Origin: Octopus sinensis
Taxonomy: Eukaryota
Direction of reading: 5' to 3'
Assembly: GCF_006345805.1 (NCBI RefSeq)
Contig: NC_043012.1
Location: 744,001-808,000 of the forward strand
Length of the DNA: 64,000 bases
The notes beneath the pieces are model-generated. The model did not search any database, was not told the DNA's origin, and saw only the letters and a list, made by a program, of their open reading frames with translations. Position 1 is the first letter of the stretch. Each line of letters starts with the position of its first letter. A program made the position numbers and the translations under genes. Of this stretch, positions 24,518 to 36,818 are shown piece after piece.

Positions 24518-25805
24518 CGTGGTTGGATCAATAAGTATCTGGACTGTTGCCATAGTAACAGGATAAAGACCTGAAACTCTGCTGTGGATGTGTACTAAGT
24601 TTTGACATTCTAGCTTACGTCTGCTGTTTAGTGCAGTGCTTGGAAGGAATGTGTGTAGCGTGTGGTCGTCGCATTGAACATGACAGAGTATGTTGAGCAG
24701 AAATTCTGCATGAAATTTTGTCAAAAGCTTGGCGATACCTGCTCAGAAGCCTACATAAAGTTTTCAAAAAGTTTCCAACATTCCCATTTCCAAGGCGCAG
24801 GAGTGGCTGTGTGGTAAGTAGCTTGCTAACCAGCCACATGGTTCCAGGTTCAGTCCCACTGTGTGGCATCTTGGGCAAGTGTCTTCTGCTATAGCCCCGG
24901 GCCGACCAAAGCCTTGTGAGTGGACTTGGTAGACGGAAACTGAAAGAAGCCTGTCGTATATATGTATATATATATATGTGTGTTTGTGTGTCTGTGTTTG
25001 TCCCCCTAGCATTGCTTGACAACTGATGCTGGTGTGTTTACGTCCCCGTTACTTAGCGGTTCGGCAAAAGAGACCGATAGAATAAGTACTGGGCTTACAA
25101 AGAATAAGTCCCGGGGTCGATTTGCTCGACTAAAAGACGGTGCTCCAGCATGGCCGCAGTCAAATGACTGAAACAAGTAAAAGAGTAAAAGAGTAAAAGA
25201 GTATTCTCAACACAATCAAGGAGAACTTGCACAACTGAAACCCGAGTGTCTTTTCGGTCAGCTGGAAGCAGTTTTGGTACAAACTTGGCAGACACGTGTC
25301 TCATACCCAATTCTTCAGTGATAATGGACTGACCTGAATCATAACTAATCTGTACATCTTCTGAAAACTCATGGATGGTGATTCAACGATTTCCCCCCAT
25401 AACTGCACACACTTCTGTTAAGTTTTTCTTAGTTCTGTTGGTTGTAGGACTCCCAGGACGTCTGTCAATATCGATATTTTTTCAGCCATCTTGGAAAGAT
25501 CTGAACCACTCCTACACTTGTGTGCAGCTCATAGTGTATTCCTCTCCATAGACTTTCTTCAATATTCCGTACGCCTCTGAGCAGGTAATGCCATGACAAC
25601 TTTCTGCGTCATGGTCAATGAGATGATCACACACTACACACGTTCCTTCCAAGCACTGCTGTAAACAGCGGAAGTGAGCTAGAACATTAAAATTTTGTGC
25701 ACATGCACAGCAGAGTTCAAGGTCAATTTGTACCAAGCAGCTTTACTCTTGCATTATAGCTTCATTACTATGGCAACAGTCCGGATACTTATTGATCAGA
25801 CCTTA
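24518..25805. mobile_element. Mariner derivative made of two inverted 5' (left) ends, interrupted by a SINE
   Basis: Left: TA|CGTGGTTGGATCAATAAGTATCTGGACTG then MTEYVEQKFCMKFCQKLGDTCSEAY on +. Right: CAGTCCGGATACTTATTGATCAGACCTTA|TA and, on minus, TCSEAYGILKKVYGE...GMRHVSAKFVPKLL...DCVEN. Confidence 0.78.
24793..25203 (+). mobile_element. SINE family A, full length
   Basis: Complete copy ending (AAAGAGTA)x3. Confidence 0.9.
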
Positions 25806-26139
25806 TATATATATGTATATATTATCTTTTATTCATTTAAGTCATTGGACTGTGGCCATGCTGGGGCATTATCGTGAAAAATTTTAATCAAACAAATTAC
25901 CCCAGTACTTATTTATTTTAAAGCCTGGTACTCATTCTATCAGTCTCTTGTGCTGGATGGCTAAGTCAAGTGGACATAAACATACCAACACCAGCTGTCA
26001 AGCAATGGTAGTGGTGGTGAAACTGACACAAAGACATGCACATGCAGACATATATACATTACTATCATCATCATCATCATCGTTGAACTTCCTCCTTCCT
26101 TGCTGGCATGGGTTAGATGATTTGACAAGATATATATTT

Positions 26140-26663
26140 ATATTATATATATCATCATCATCATCATCATTTAACGTCCGCTTTCCATGCTAGCATGGGT
26201 TGGACGGTTCAACTGGGGTCTGGGGAGCCCGAAAGCTGCACCAGTCCAGTCAGATCTGGCTGTGTGGTAAGTAGCTTGCTAACCAACCACATGGTTCCGG
26301 GTTCAGTCCCACTGCGTGGCATCTTGGGCAAGTGTCTTCTGATATAGCCCCGGGCCGACCAATGCCTTGTGAGTGGATTTGATAGACGGAAACTGAAAGA
26401 AGCCTGTCGTATATATGTATATATATATATGTATGTGTGTGTATATGTTTGTGTGTCTGTATTTGTCCCCCTAGCATTGCTTGACAACCGATGCTGGTGT
26501 GTTTACGTCCCCGTCATTTAGCGGTTCGGCAAAAGAGACCGATAGAATAAGCACTGGGCTTACAAAAGAATAAGTCCCGGGGTCAAGTTGCTCGACTAAA
26601 GGGGGTGCTCCAGCATGGCCGCAGTCAAATGACTGAAACAAGTAAAAGAAAAAGAGTAAAGAG
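26140..26663. mobile_element. Family C stub (minus) fused to a head-clipped SINE A (plus)
   Basis: Junction GATCTGGC|TGTGTGGTAAG shares TGGC microhomology between the two families. Confidence 0.75.
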
Positions 26664-26698
<35 letters not shown>

Positions 26699-26756
26699 AC
26701 AGACAAAAGTCAACAAGCAAGTGTATTAGTTTGATGCTCATGGAAGGTGAAAGAGT

Positions 26757-26793
26757 CTTTTACATTTTGAGCCTATGCTCTTCAACAGAAAAG
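26757..26793 (-). ncRNA. Degenerate hammerhead-like motif (variant core CTGTTGA...AAAA)
   Basis: Minus: CTTTT-CTGTTGA-A-GAGC-atag-GCTC-AAAA-TGT-A-AAAG; homologous to 48905-48940. Confidence 0.4.
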
Positions 26794-27133
26794 AATAAGA
26801 GAGAATAAACAGAGAGAGAATGGGAAAAAAAATGTGTAGATTTCAGCTGTCCAACATAGCGAATGATTGGAAAAAAAAGGGTGTTGAAAGCAAGGGAGAC
26901 GATAAGATAAAACTATCTATCTATCAATCTATCTATATATGAAGAGAGAGAGAGAGAGAAGGAAGGAGGGAGAGAGAGATGCATTTAAGCAACTTTGTAA
27001 AAGAATATATTTTTAATTTTCTTCAGTGCTTCAAAAATACAATCCAAAATAATGCATGCATATACATACATATACACAAGATATGTGTATACATATGCAT
27101 TGATGGTGTTTTTTTGTTTGTATATGTGTATTG

Positions 27134-27185
<52 letters not shown>

Positions 27186-27341
27186 TATATGTATGTAGTT
27201 ATATATATATATATGTAGTAGTATATATATATATTATATATATTATATACATACATTACATATATATATATAATATATGTATGTTATATATATATAATAT
27301 ATATATATCATATACATACTATATATATATATATATGTATG

Positions 27342-27377
<36 letters not shown>

Positions 27378-27884
27378 CATACATATATATAATATATATA
27401 TGTATGATATATTATATATATATACACACACATAGAGAGAGATGTCAACTCCAGTTAAATAAATTGGATTGCTAGCACAGTCTCAGAGAACAAACATTAA
27501 GCGACAAACAGACAGACACAAATATACAAGAATTAAACAATAAAAATAGTGAGTTCATTTACTCATTGGTGTTTTTTTTTTATTTGCACTGGATATTGAA
27601 CAGGGTGGTTGAAGGGTGGCATGATGAAGAAAGAAATAGGTTACTGATTATGGAGATGATGGTGATGGTGATGACGATGGTGATGGTGGTGGGTGGGTGG
27701 GTGTATGGAGTCCTTAAAGAAACACCATTAGGAAATTACTGCATTATTTCTCTGTAGGGGTAGGTTTGGGGATTGAATGGCCTGGGAGTTGAGTTGTTGG
27801 GTTTCCAAACGGCTAGTTTACAGCATCCGCTATGTCTATAAGTGCAACCACCACTACGGTGACCATTTATACAGAACCTATGAT

Positions 27885-28575
27885 ACTCTTTTACTCTCTT
27901 TTACTTGTTTCAGTCATTTGACTGCGGCCATGCTGGAGCACCGCCTTTAGTCGAGCAAATCAACCCCAGAACTTAATATTTGTAAACCTAGTACTTATTC
28001 TATTGGGCTCTTTTGCCGAACTGCTAAGTTACGGGGACGTAAACACACCAGCATCGGTTGTCAAGCGATGTTGGGGGACAAACACAGACACACACACACA
28101 TATATATATCATCATCATCATCATCATCGTTTAACATCCGTGATGATGATCATGAGGATATATATATATGTGTGTGCGTGTGTGTGTCTGTGTTTGTCCC
28201 CCCAACATCGCTTGACAACCGATGTTGGTGTCTTTATGTACCCGTAACTTAGTGGTTTGGCAAAAGAGAGTGATAGAATAAGTACTAGGCTTACAAAGAA
28301 TAAATCCTGGGGTCGATTTGCTCGACTAAAGGCGGTGCTCCAGCATGGCTGTAGTCAAATGACTGAAATAAGTAAAAGAGTATATATATATATATATACA
28401 TTTACATATATACAACGGGCTTCTTTCAGTTTACATCTACCAAATCCACTCACAAGGCTTTGGTCAGCCTGAGGCTGTAATAGATGACACTTGCCCAAGG
28501 TACCACACAGTGGGCCTGAACCCAGAACCATGTGGTTCGTAAGCAAGCTACTTACCACACAGCCACTCCTGCACC
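27885..28575. mobile_element. Cluster of SINE A pieces (minus tail, plus tail, minus head) with a family C stub
   Basis: Tail 27885-28085 (-), tail 28180-28385 (+), head 28410-28575 (-). Confidence 0.8.
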
Positions 28576-28885
28576 ACTCCTGATAAGAGCCATAATATTC
28601 ACCACCAGCAACAACAACTTCAATACAGCCACTAGAGTTATAAAGAGGGTAGAACTGGCCTGTATTGATGGTCACAATTCCAGAAAAAGCTTTTGGGAAT
28701 GATCTTACCACACAAGGTCCTACATTAAAGGAGAAGTAGTTTTTGGTCTTTTGCAACACATGATCTTCATTTTTTAAGTGGTACTGAAGTGACCAATATC
28801 TCAAAGTGTTTCAGAAGAATTCAATAGCCAACAGATCATTATTACCATTTCAATAAGCAATGTTCAACATAGATATCATTAACTC

Positions 28886-29030
28886 TTTACATTATTTACA
28901 TACAACAGATATTTGTCCTCACCTTGTTTGTTGTTAACACAACGTTTCGGCTGATCTACCCTCCAGCCTTCTTCGGGTATCATGGGGAAATTTCGAACCT
29001 GGGTTCTCATTCCTAAGGTATTATTCGTTG

Positions 29031-29071
<41 letters not shown>

Positions 29072-29204
29072 GTTGTTGTTATCATTATTATTATTATTAT
29101 TATTATATTATTATTATTATTGTTAGTGTTCAGTTACTGCTTGGAATCAAACTCAGAATCTTGGGGTTAATAATCCACGCTCTTAACCTCTCCACCATAT
29201 GCCC
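28886..29204 (-). mobile_element. Composite element: tRNA-like head + (AAT)n + PLE-like tail with hammerhead motif, copy 1
   Basis: Head with A-box-like TGGTGGAGAGG and B-box-like GAGTTTGATTC. Tail ...GAGAACCCAGGTTCGAAATTTCCCC-a-t-GATAC-CCGAAGA-A-GGCTG..CAGCC-GAAACGT-T-GTGTT. Homologous copy at 30757-31010. Confidence 0.75.
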
Positions 29205-29385
29205 GTGGGCAATTATGGAGTGAATTTTAGGGTTTATAAATCTAATATTTTCCTATCCTTCCTTAATACTAGTTCCCACATGCTATTCATATCTGCACTC
29301 AGTCTGCTTAGGAGGTTGTTGTGTCCTAGCATATGTGCTGCTTCTTTTTGGGCAGCAAAAATAGAATAAATGGCTGAATGGCTGA

Positions 29386-29603
29386 ATGGATGGGTGGATG
29401 GGTGGATGATTGGGTGGATGGATGGATGGATGGATGGAGGGTGGAGGGGTGGATGAATGGATGAATGAATGGATGGGTGGATGGGTGGATGGATGGATGG
29501 ATGGATGGATGGATGGATGGATGGATGGATGGATGGATGGATGGATGGATGGATGGATGGATGGATGGATGGATGGATGGATGGATGGATGGATGGATGG
29601 ATG
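29386..29603. repeat. (GGAT)n microsatellite
   Basis: Long near-pure run; source of the HPSI/WMDG ORFs. Confidence 0.95.
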
Positions 29604-30217
29604 GACTGAATAAGATGGCTTCGTGCTCCACCGTTGGCTTCTTCCAAATATTCGGAAACTCAGGTTGTGGTCTCCAAAGACTCTGTAGCAAATGACAGAC
29701 AAACAAACTGTGGCTTTTGTCAAGAACTTTAAAGAGAAAGTTAAAGCAGAAGGAGGGACAGCACTCGTCCCTCACTGAAATTGTCAATGACTATAGCAAG
29801 CAAATACTCAAACTTCAAACGAATCGGAATTGGTAAAAACATGAAAGAACAGACCAATAGTCAATGAATAAATACCAATTATCATCTTAAATGGGTTTTA
29901 TTTTTGTTTTATTTTCTGTTTTATACGTTTTATATGATGTTTTGTCTTATATATGTTTTATAGACGTTTTATATGTGTGCATTATTTTTTATAATGCTTC
30001 CAATGTTATATGTTTATATGTTTTTAATTTTGTTTTATATGTTCTATTTTACGCTTCATGTGTTTTATTTTGTATTATTTGATGTGTTTTATTTTATATA
30101 TTTGCTTATGTGTGTTTTATTCTACATATGTCTTATATCTGTTTTATTTATAAATGTTTTATATGTTTTATTTTGTATACATTTTATATGTGATTTATTT
30201 TATGGATGTTTTATATA

Positions 30218-30700
30218 TTAGGTTAGCGAGAAGTCCATTCGATTTATGTTTATACTAAACTTCAAGCACTCTTATAAGTAGCTAACTTCAGTACGTCCCT
30301 TGCGCATGTACACTCATTAAATACTTGATGCTTCAACACAGTTTGATGTGATTGTGTGACAAGATAGGTTGTATTTTATATGCTTGGGATCACTATAAAA
30401 ACGGAAAAGCAAACAAATATTATAAACACCTCAAGTATTTTCATTTAAAGGAAAGCAAGAAAGTGTTGGAAACCCGCAGGAAGATATGTATTCAGAAAGG
30501 ACACTGTTATGAGACGTGTGTGAGAAGTGATTTTCAAGAAATTTTTCAGTCCTTACTCTGGTCAGCCAGATTAACAGCAATTAAATGAAGGAGTTAGTTG
30601 ACAGCAGTACCTGTTATATAACCCGAATGATCACAGATGTTCTTCAAATATCCAGCATATGGGAACCGGTATAAAGGAAGGCTAAGAGAGTATTAGATTT
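30218..30700 (+). mobile_element. Degenerate mariner 5' end (TIR + transposase N-terminus)
   Basis: TA|TTAGGTTAGCGAGAAGT TIR-like start; frameshifted FHLKESKKVLETRRKIC...KDTVMRRV...FKKF resembling a mariner HTH region. Confidence 0.55.
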
Positions 30701-30756
30701 ATAAGCACTAAAATTCACTCCATAATTGCCCTTGGTTAAGAAGCAAAAATTTCCAA

Positions 30757-31010
30757 GCAGTGGTTAAGAGCATGGGCTATTAACCCCAAGCTTCCGAGTT
30801 CGATTCTAGGCAGCGACCTGAATAATAATTATAATAATAATAACAACATCGAAAAATACCTTACGAATGAGAACCCAGGTTCGAAATTTCCCCAAGACAC
30901 ATGATGAAGGCTGGGGGGTATATCAGCCGAAACATTGTGTTAACAACAAACAAGATGAGGACAAATATCCGTCAAATGTAAATAATGTAAATAATGTACA
31001 TAATTCCTTA
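30757..31010 (+). mobile_element. Composite element: tRNA-like head + (AAT)n + PLE-like tail with hammerhead motif, copy 2
   Basis: AGTGGTTAAGAGCATGGGCTATTAACCCCAAG...GAGTTCGATTC head; motif GACAC-ATGATGA-A-GGCTG..CAGCC-GAAACAT-T-GTGTT at 30896-30941. Confidence 0.75.
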
Positions 31011-31338
31011 TCTCTTAAATATGGGACTGTATTATCCAAATAGAGTGTTGAAAAACCAACTTGGTTGCATCAGTGCTTGATGTTTGGATCCCAAATCCAC
31101 TGGCGTAACTTGTGGGGGGGCAGCACTTTTGGGTGTGCTGTAGGTAATATGTCTGCAAGTGGCAAACGGAAGAGCTACCCCAGGCGGCAGACACTCTGGC
31201 TACACTTGTACCCACATTAGTTGAATGAGGTTAACCTCACTCAGGTTTTCCATCAGCATATTGTTGCAGAAAAGTGAAGAAAATGATTTGTCTTTTGATG
31301 AGAACGGTGACAGAGGTGACTTCTTCAGGTGAAGTCCT

Positions 31339-31908
31339 CCAAAGCAGGACTTCACCTGAAGAAGGTTATACTTTTAATTTGGTAGTATTGGAAATGTGTT
31401 GCCTTTTATGAGCTTCTTCCAATGGACAAGGCCATCAATTTTGATATGAACTGTGACCAGCTGGACAAATTAATATGCAGCAACCTACCAGAAGCATCTA
31501 GCATTTTTTTCACCATAAGGAGATGTTCTTTCATCACGACAATGCCAGACTGCACGCATCTTTGTACATGTGACAGAAGTTACTGGGGCTTGGCTTGGAA
31601 ATTTTGCCTCACTCTCCATTTTCATATGACCTCACATCTTCAGATTTCCACCTGTTTTGGTCTCTTCAAAATTAATTGAATGGAAAGATATTGAACCCTG
31701 AAGAATTGCAGAAATTCACATGGTAAAGTTTTTTTCCGGAAAGGACAGGAAATTCTCTGAGCAGGGAATAATGGATCTGCCCACAAGATGACAAGAGACA
31801 TTGGGAACAAACTGGTAATTATATCATTGATTGAATAAATCTCTTTGTGTGTGAAACCTGTGACTTATTTTCACTTAAAAAACTGAGCAAAAGTTTTGGA
31901 CAGCCACT
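31339..31908 (+). mobile_element. Degenerate mariner transposase catalytic region and 3' end
   Basis: KAGLHLKKVILLIW*YWKCVAFYELLP...FHHDNARLH...LPHSPFSYDLTSSDFHLFWSLQN...GNYIID, matching the HDNARPH and HPPYSPDLAPSDYHLF motifs. Confidence 0.82.
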
Positions 31909-32601
31909 TTATTTTCTGTGTGTTTTTATATGTCTTTTATTATTCCATAAAACGTAATTAATAGCAACAGAAGCAACATTAATATAAAAAGGCAATCTTT
32001 ACCTCCGTCTTTTGTTTTATCAATGTTTTATGTTTTATTTTTTTTCAATTGTCTTTTTTTAGTTTCATTTCTATTTTATGCCATTCTTCCCCAAATTATG
32101 TCTTCTCGTTTGATTAAATACTAAAACACTATTAAGTACTTGGTTCTTTCGCTTTGGTTTTATTGTTTCGTTTATTCCAAGCAGTACCTGTGAACAGCTG
32201 GTTGAGATGAATAAATGTCTTTTGTTATGAGAGGCAAGAGTGACCTTTAAATGTCCACCAATCAGGACCAAATTTCTACTCAGTGTTTCTTACAATGAAT
32301 GCAATAATTTTAAAGATTAGATTATGAAAAAAAAAACACACACACACAAGAACAAAGAAAAAAAGCTATTGTTCTGTTTATTTATTTTTTTTATTTTCCC
32401 CAAAAGGCAATGTCTTGTGTATAAATAATTCTTTCTAATACTGGTACAAAATTTCAAGTAGGGGCTGGCCAATTACATAAATCCCTCCACTTGACTAGTA
32501 CTATATTTTATGGTTAAAAAATCCCAAACAAGAGTATTAGAGCAAAATAGCCATCTATGCATTATAAACATGCCACACATACATGCATATATATATTTAT
32601 A

Positions 32602-32654
<53 letters not shown>

Positions 32655-32668
32655 TATATATAAATATA

Positions 32669-32860
32669 GATGCACAGAGCGCTAGACCATGTGTCAATCT
32701 AACAATTTGTAAATCTTAACTTTTCAAACCACTGCGCAGACGCAAAATATACCCGGCGATATACGGCATGCCGGTAAAAAAATTTTACGAACAAATTTAT
32801 CAAGTAATATGTGAATTTACAAATTGTTAGATCGACACATGGTCTAACGCTCTGTGCATC
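32669..32860. mobile_element. MITE-like element, 46-bp TIRs, TA on both flanks
   Basis: TA|GATGCACAGAGCGCTAGACCATGTGTCAATCTAACAATTTGTAAAT ... ATTTACAAATTGTTAGATCGACACATGGTCTAACGCTCTGTGCATC|TA (2 mismatches). Confidence 0.8.
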
Positions 32861-33045
32861 TAGACAAAGAATTTATCCCTTTTTGTGTCTCTAGCACTAG
32901 GCTTCCTTATTTGGGAGCCCTTTATTATATTTCTATATGAAGGATATTTTTCTATATGAATAATATTTTGTCTAATGACTAATTTGTCTTTTGTGCTAGG
33001 CCACTGGTAATAATAATCTATGTTATTACCCTTTTTGATTATATT

Positions 33046-33104
<59 letters not shown>

Positions 33105-33106
<2 letters not shown>

Positions 33107-33707
33107 GTAAAAAGGTTGAGTTAGATTCATCCTTTAATTTGGAGGTTTCCAAAAATGAAGATTTCTAATATAGATTCTTCATATTTTGCTGGTAGCTTAC
33201 TGGCATAAAATTGCATTAAAAAAAATCCCATAAAACTGAACAATTTTGATAAAAACGGGGAAGAGAAGGTGTTAAATTATATAAGAGAATTTTAATATAT
33301 ATATATATTAAAAGATCAGAGAAACTGTAAACCAAATCCTTTTTTTTTAACTATCTTCATCTCTCCCTTATTTTTTCCCCCTCTTAACTCAGTATGACTC
33401 TAACTTTGATGATAATAATTTTTTGTTGATCACTACTAACATTAATGAGTTTTGCACATTGAAACAAATTGATGCACAGTTTTGATATCATTGACTGTTA
33501 TGAACATTTAAACTTGTCAACATCAAAATTTCTGAACATGTTTTTCTAATTCATAATTTAAAATTTTTTTACCATTGATAAGCAAAAAATATTGTTGAAA
33601 ACAGTTTGGTATATATGTAAATAAATTTATTTTAAACAATTATATTTAGGTGCATTTTCAACAACAAATTTGCTTGTCTCTCTCTCTCTCTCTCTCTGTA
33701 TATATAT

Positions 33708-33740
<33 letters not shown>

Positions 33741-34328
33741 CTGTAAAAGGTTGAGTTAGATTCATCCTTTAATTTGGAGGTTTCCAAAAATGAAGATTTC
33801 TAATATAGATTCTTCATATTTTGCTGGTAGCTTACTGGCATAAAATTGCATTAAAAAAAATCCCATAAAACTGAACAATTTTGATAAAAACGGGGAAGAG
33901 AAGGTGTTAAATTATATAAGAGAATTTTAATATATATATATATTAAAAGATCAGAGAAACTGTAAACCAAATCCTTTTTTTTTAACTATCTTCATCTCTC
34001 CCTTATTTTTTCCCCCTCTTAACTCAGTATGACTCTAACTTTGATGATAATAATTTTTTGTTGATCACTACTAACATTAATGAGTTTTGCACATTGAAAC
34101 AATTGATGCACAGTTTTGATATCATTGACTGTTATGAACATTTAAACTTGTCAACATCAAAATTTCTGAACATGTTTTTCTAATTCATAATTTAAAATTT
34201 TTTTACCATTGATAAGCAAAAAATATTGTTGAAAACAGTTTGGTATATATGTAAATAAATTTATTTTAAACAATTATATTTAGGTGCATTTTCAACAACA
34301 AATTTGCTTGTCTCTCTCTCTCTCTCTC

Positions 34329-34332
<4 letters not shown>
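33105..34332. repeat. Direct tandem duplication, period 636 bp
   Basis: 33105-33698 and 33741-34332 near-identical, each bounded by (CT)n/(TA)n; the visible differences are single-base homopolymer indels. Confidence 0.92.
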
Positions 34333-34366
<34 letters not shown>

Positions 34367-34832
34367 GTGTGTGTGGGGGGGCATGTATGCATCATTGTAT
34401 CTGTGTTTCTCCCCATTCCTGCCTGACAACCAATGTTGGTGTGTTTACATCTTCGTAACTTAGTGGTTCAGTAAAAGAGACCGATGGAATTAGTACCAGG
34501 TGTAGGAAAATAACAAAAAGTGATGGGGTTATAGTGTTGATTCATTTAACTACAAATTCCTCAAGGCAGTGGCCCCAGCATGGCCACTGTCTGATGACTG
34601 AAACAAGTGAAAGACAAAAGATAAAAGGTGCGCATGTGTGTGTGTGTGTGTGTGTAATGCTTATATGATATGAATTATGACCTGTTCCTTGTGTAGACAA
34701 GTAACATGCTACAACCACCAAAATATATTCTAATAGAAATAAGCAACTGATGAGACACATCTGCACCTTGCTGGGCCCTTACCAGGAGCTTCCTCCCCAG
34801 GTCAGTGTAGATCTGGGAACAATAGAGGTTAA

Positions 34833-35257
34833 GAAAGGCGTTGAGCTGGCAGAAACGTTAGTATGCCGGCAGAAATGCTTAGCAGTATTTCGTCTGTCTT
34901 TATGTTCTGAGTTTAAATTCTGCTGAGGTCGTCTTTGCCTTTCATCCTTTTGGGGTCGATAAATTAGGTACCAGTTGTGTACTGGATTCAATCAAATCGA
35001 CTAACCACCCCACATCACCACAAAAAAGATTCGGGGGCCTTGTACCTAGAACAGAAAAGAATATTCATTCTAATACAAAGGCGGTAAGCGGGCAGAAATG
35101 TTAGCATGCTGGACGAAATGCTTAGCAGTATTTCATCTGTCTTTATGTTCTGAGTTCAAATTCCGCTGAGGTCAACTTTGCATACTGGGGACAATCTAAT
35201 CGACTGACCTCTTCCCCACCAAAAAAATCGGGCCTTGTGCCTAGAGTAGAAAAGAAC
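34833..35257 (+). mobile_element. Two adjacent SINE family B copies
   Basis: Two AAGGCG..GAGCTGGCAGAA heads with B-family cores. Confidence 0.82.
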
Positions 35258-35655
35258 AATAGTGGTTAAGATGTGATACCACACACACCGCAACACCCTG
35301 AAAAGCCTGAATCTGTGCTCTACTACCAGTTGCATTTTAAATTTATACCCATCGGGTTGATATGCCATATGGTAATGATAGTTATCTAGAATGCAATGCA
35401 TTCAGATTGAACTCATAACCTCTTGGTTATAAAGTGAACTTCTTACCCTGTCAGTCATACTTGCATTCAACAATATAATAATCATGCAAATGTGCCCTTT
35501 TTTATTTAAAAAAAAATTTAAATAATGTAGAATGTGATTTGAAGGGTACTCCACTACCATTTCTAGAAGAGCAAGTAACCTCATAGAGGGACCCTGTTTT
35601 GGATAATGACAGTAATAATGATAGTGATACTGGTGTTGCTACTGAAGATGATGAA

Positions 35656-35755
<100 letters not shown>

Positions 35756-36178
35756 CGACGACGACGACAACAACAAGACGAGGATGATGACAATGGTGGG
35801 GGGCAAAGATGGTGATGCTGCCACTACTGATTATGAGGAGGAAAGAAGAGGAAGATGATAATGGCAATGACAAATAATTATGATCGATGCAAATGACTTG
35901 GGGGATTATGACAATGATGACGATGACAATGGCGAGGATGATGACAATCATGATGATGATGATGATGATGATGACAACAATGATAATGACGAGAATAAGG
36001 ATGATGATGATGATGATGATGATGATAACTACGATAATGATAACGATGATAGCGATGGCGACACCTGTGATATTCAACATCAAAGACATAGATACGGATG
36101 CAGAAAAAGCAGAAAAAAAAACCCACCCTCACCTCTACCAGAAAAGAAAAAGGGAAAAAAATTTTTTAAATCACTAAA

Positions 36179-36293
<115 letters not shown>

Positions 36294-36413
36294 TTATCCC
36301 ATCAACCAGCCAGCCATCCAACTAACCAATGAACCAACCACCTCAGATAACTAGCCTCAAGGTAAAAGAAAAAAATATACAAAATAACACAAATATATAC
36401 ACATGCATATGCA

Positions 36414-36818
36414 CATCATCATCATCATCATCATCATTTAGCGTCCGTTTTCCATGCTAGCATGGGTTGGACGGTTCGACTGGGGTCTGTGAAGCCAGAA
36501 GGCTTCATCAGGCCCAGTCAAATCTGGCAGTGTTTCTACGGCTGGATGCCCTACCAAACGCCAACCACTCCGTGAGTGTAGTGGGTGCTTTTTACGTGCC
36601 ACCCGCACTGGTACCAGACAGAGCTGGCAAACGGCCACGAACGGATGGTGCTTTTTATGTGCCACCGGCACGAGGGCCAGGCGAGGCTGGCAACGGACAC
36701 GAAACGGGGCGGTGCTGGCAACGGTCGCGAAACGGAAAGTTCTCTTACATGCCACCGGCACTGGTAACACATCTGCAATTTCCATTGATCGATTTCCATT
36801 GATCGATTTCGATTCTGA
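36414..36818 (-). mobile_element. Family C RTE 3' end
   Basis: Common end plus about 3 of the 60-bp units. Confidence 0.85.

Noticed and set aside
29605-29870. Unique segment after (GGAT)n with a minus-strand acceptor-like site
   Set aside because: The putative exon runs into the microsatellite with no donor; the peptides are unrecognisable.
31098-31212. Possible hAT-type MITE (C.GTGGCGTAAC...GCTAC ends)
   Set aside because: Ends are too degenerate and no 8-bp TSD is visible.
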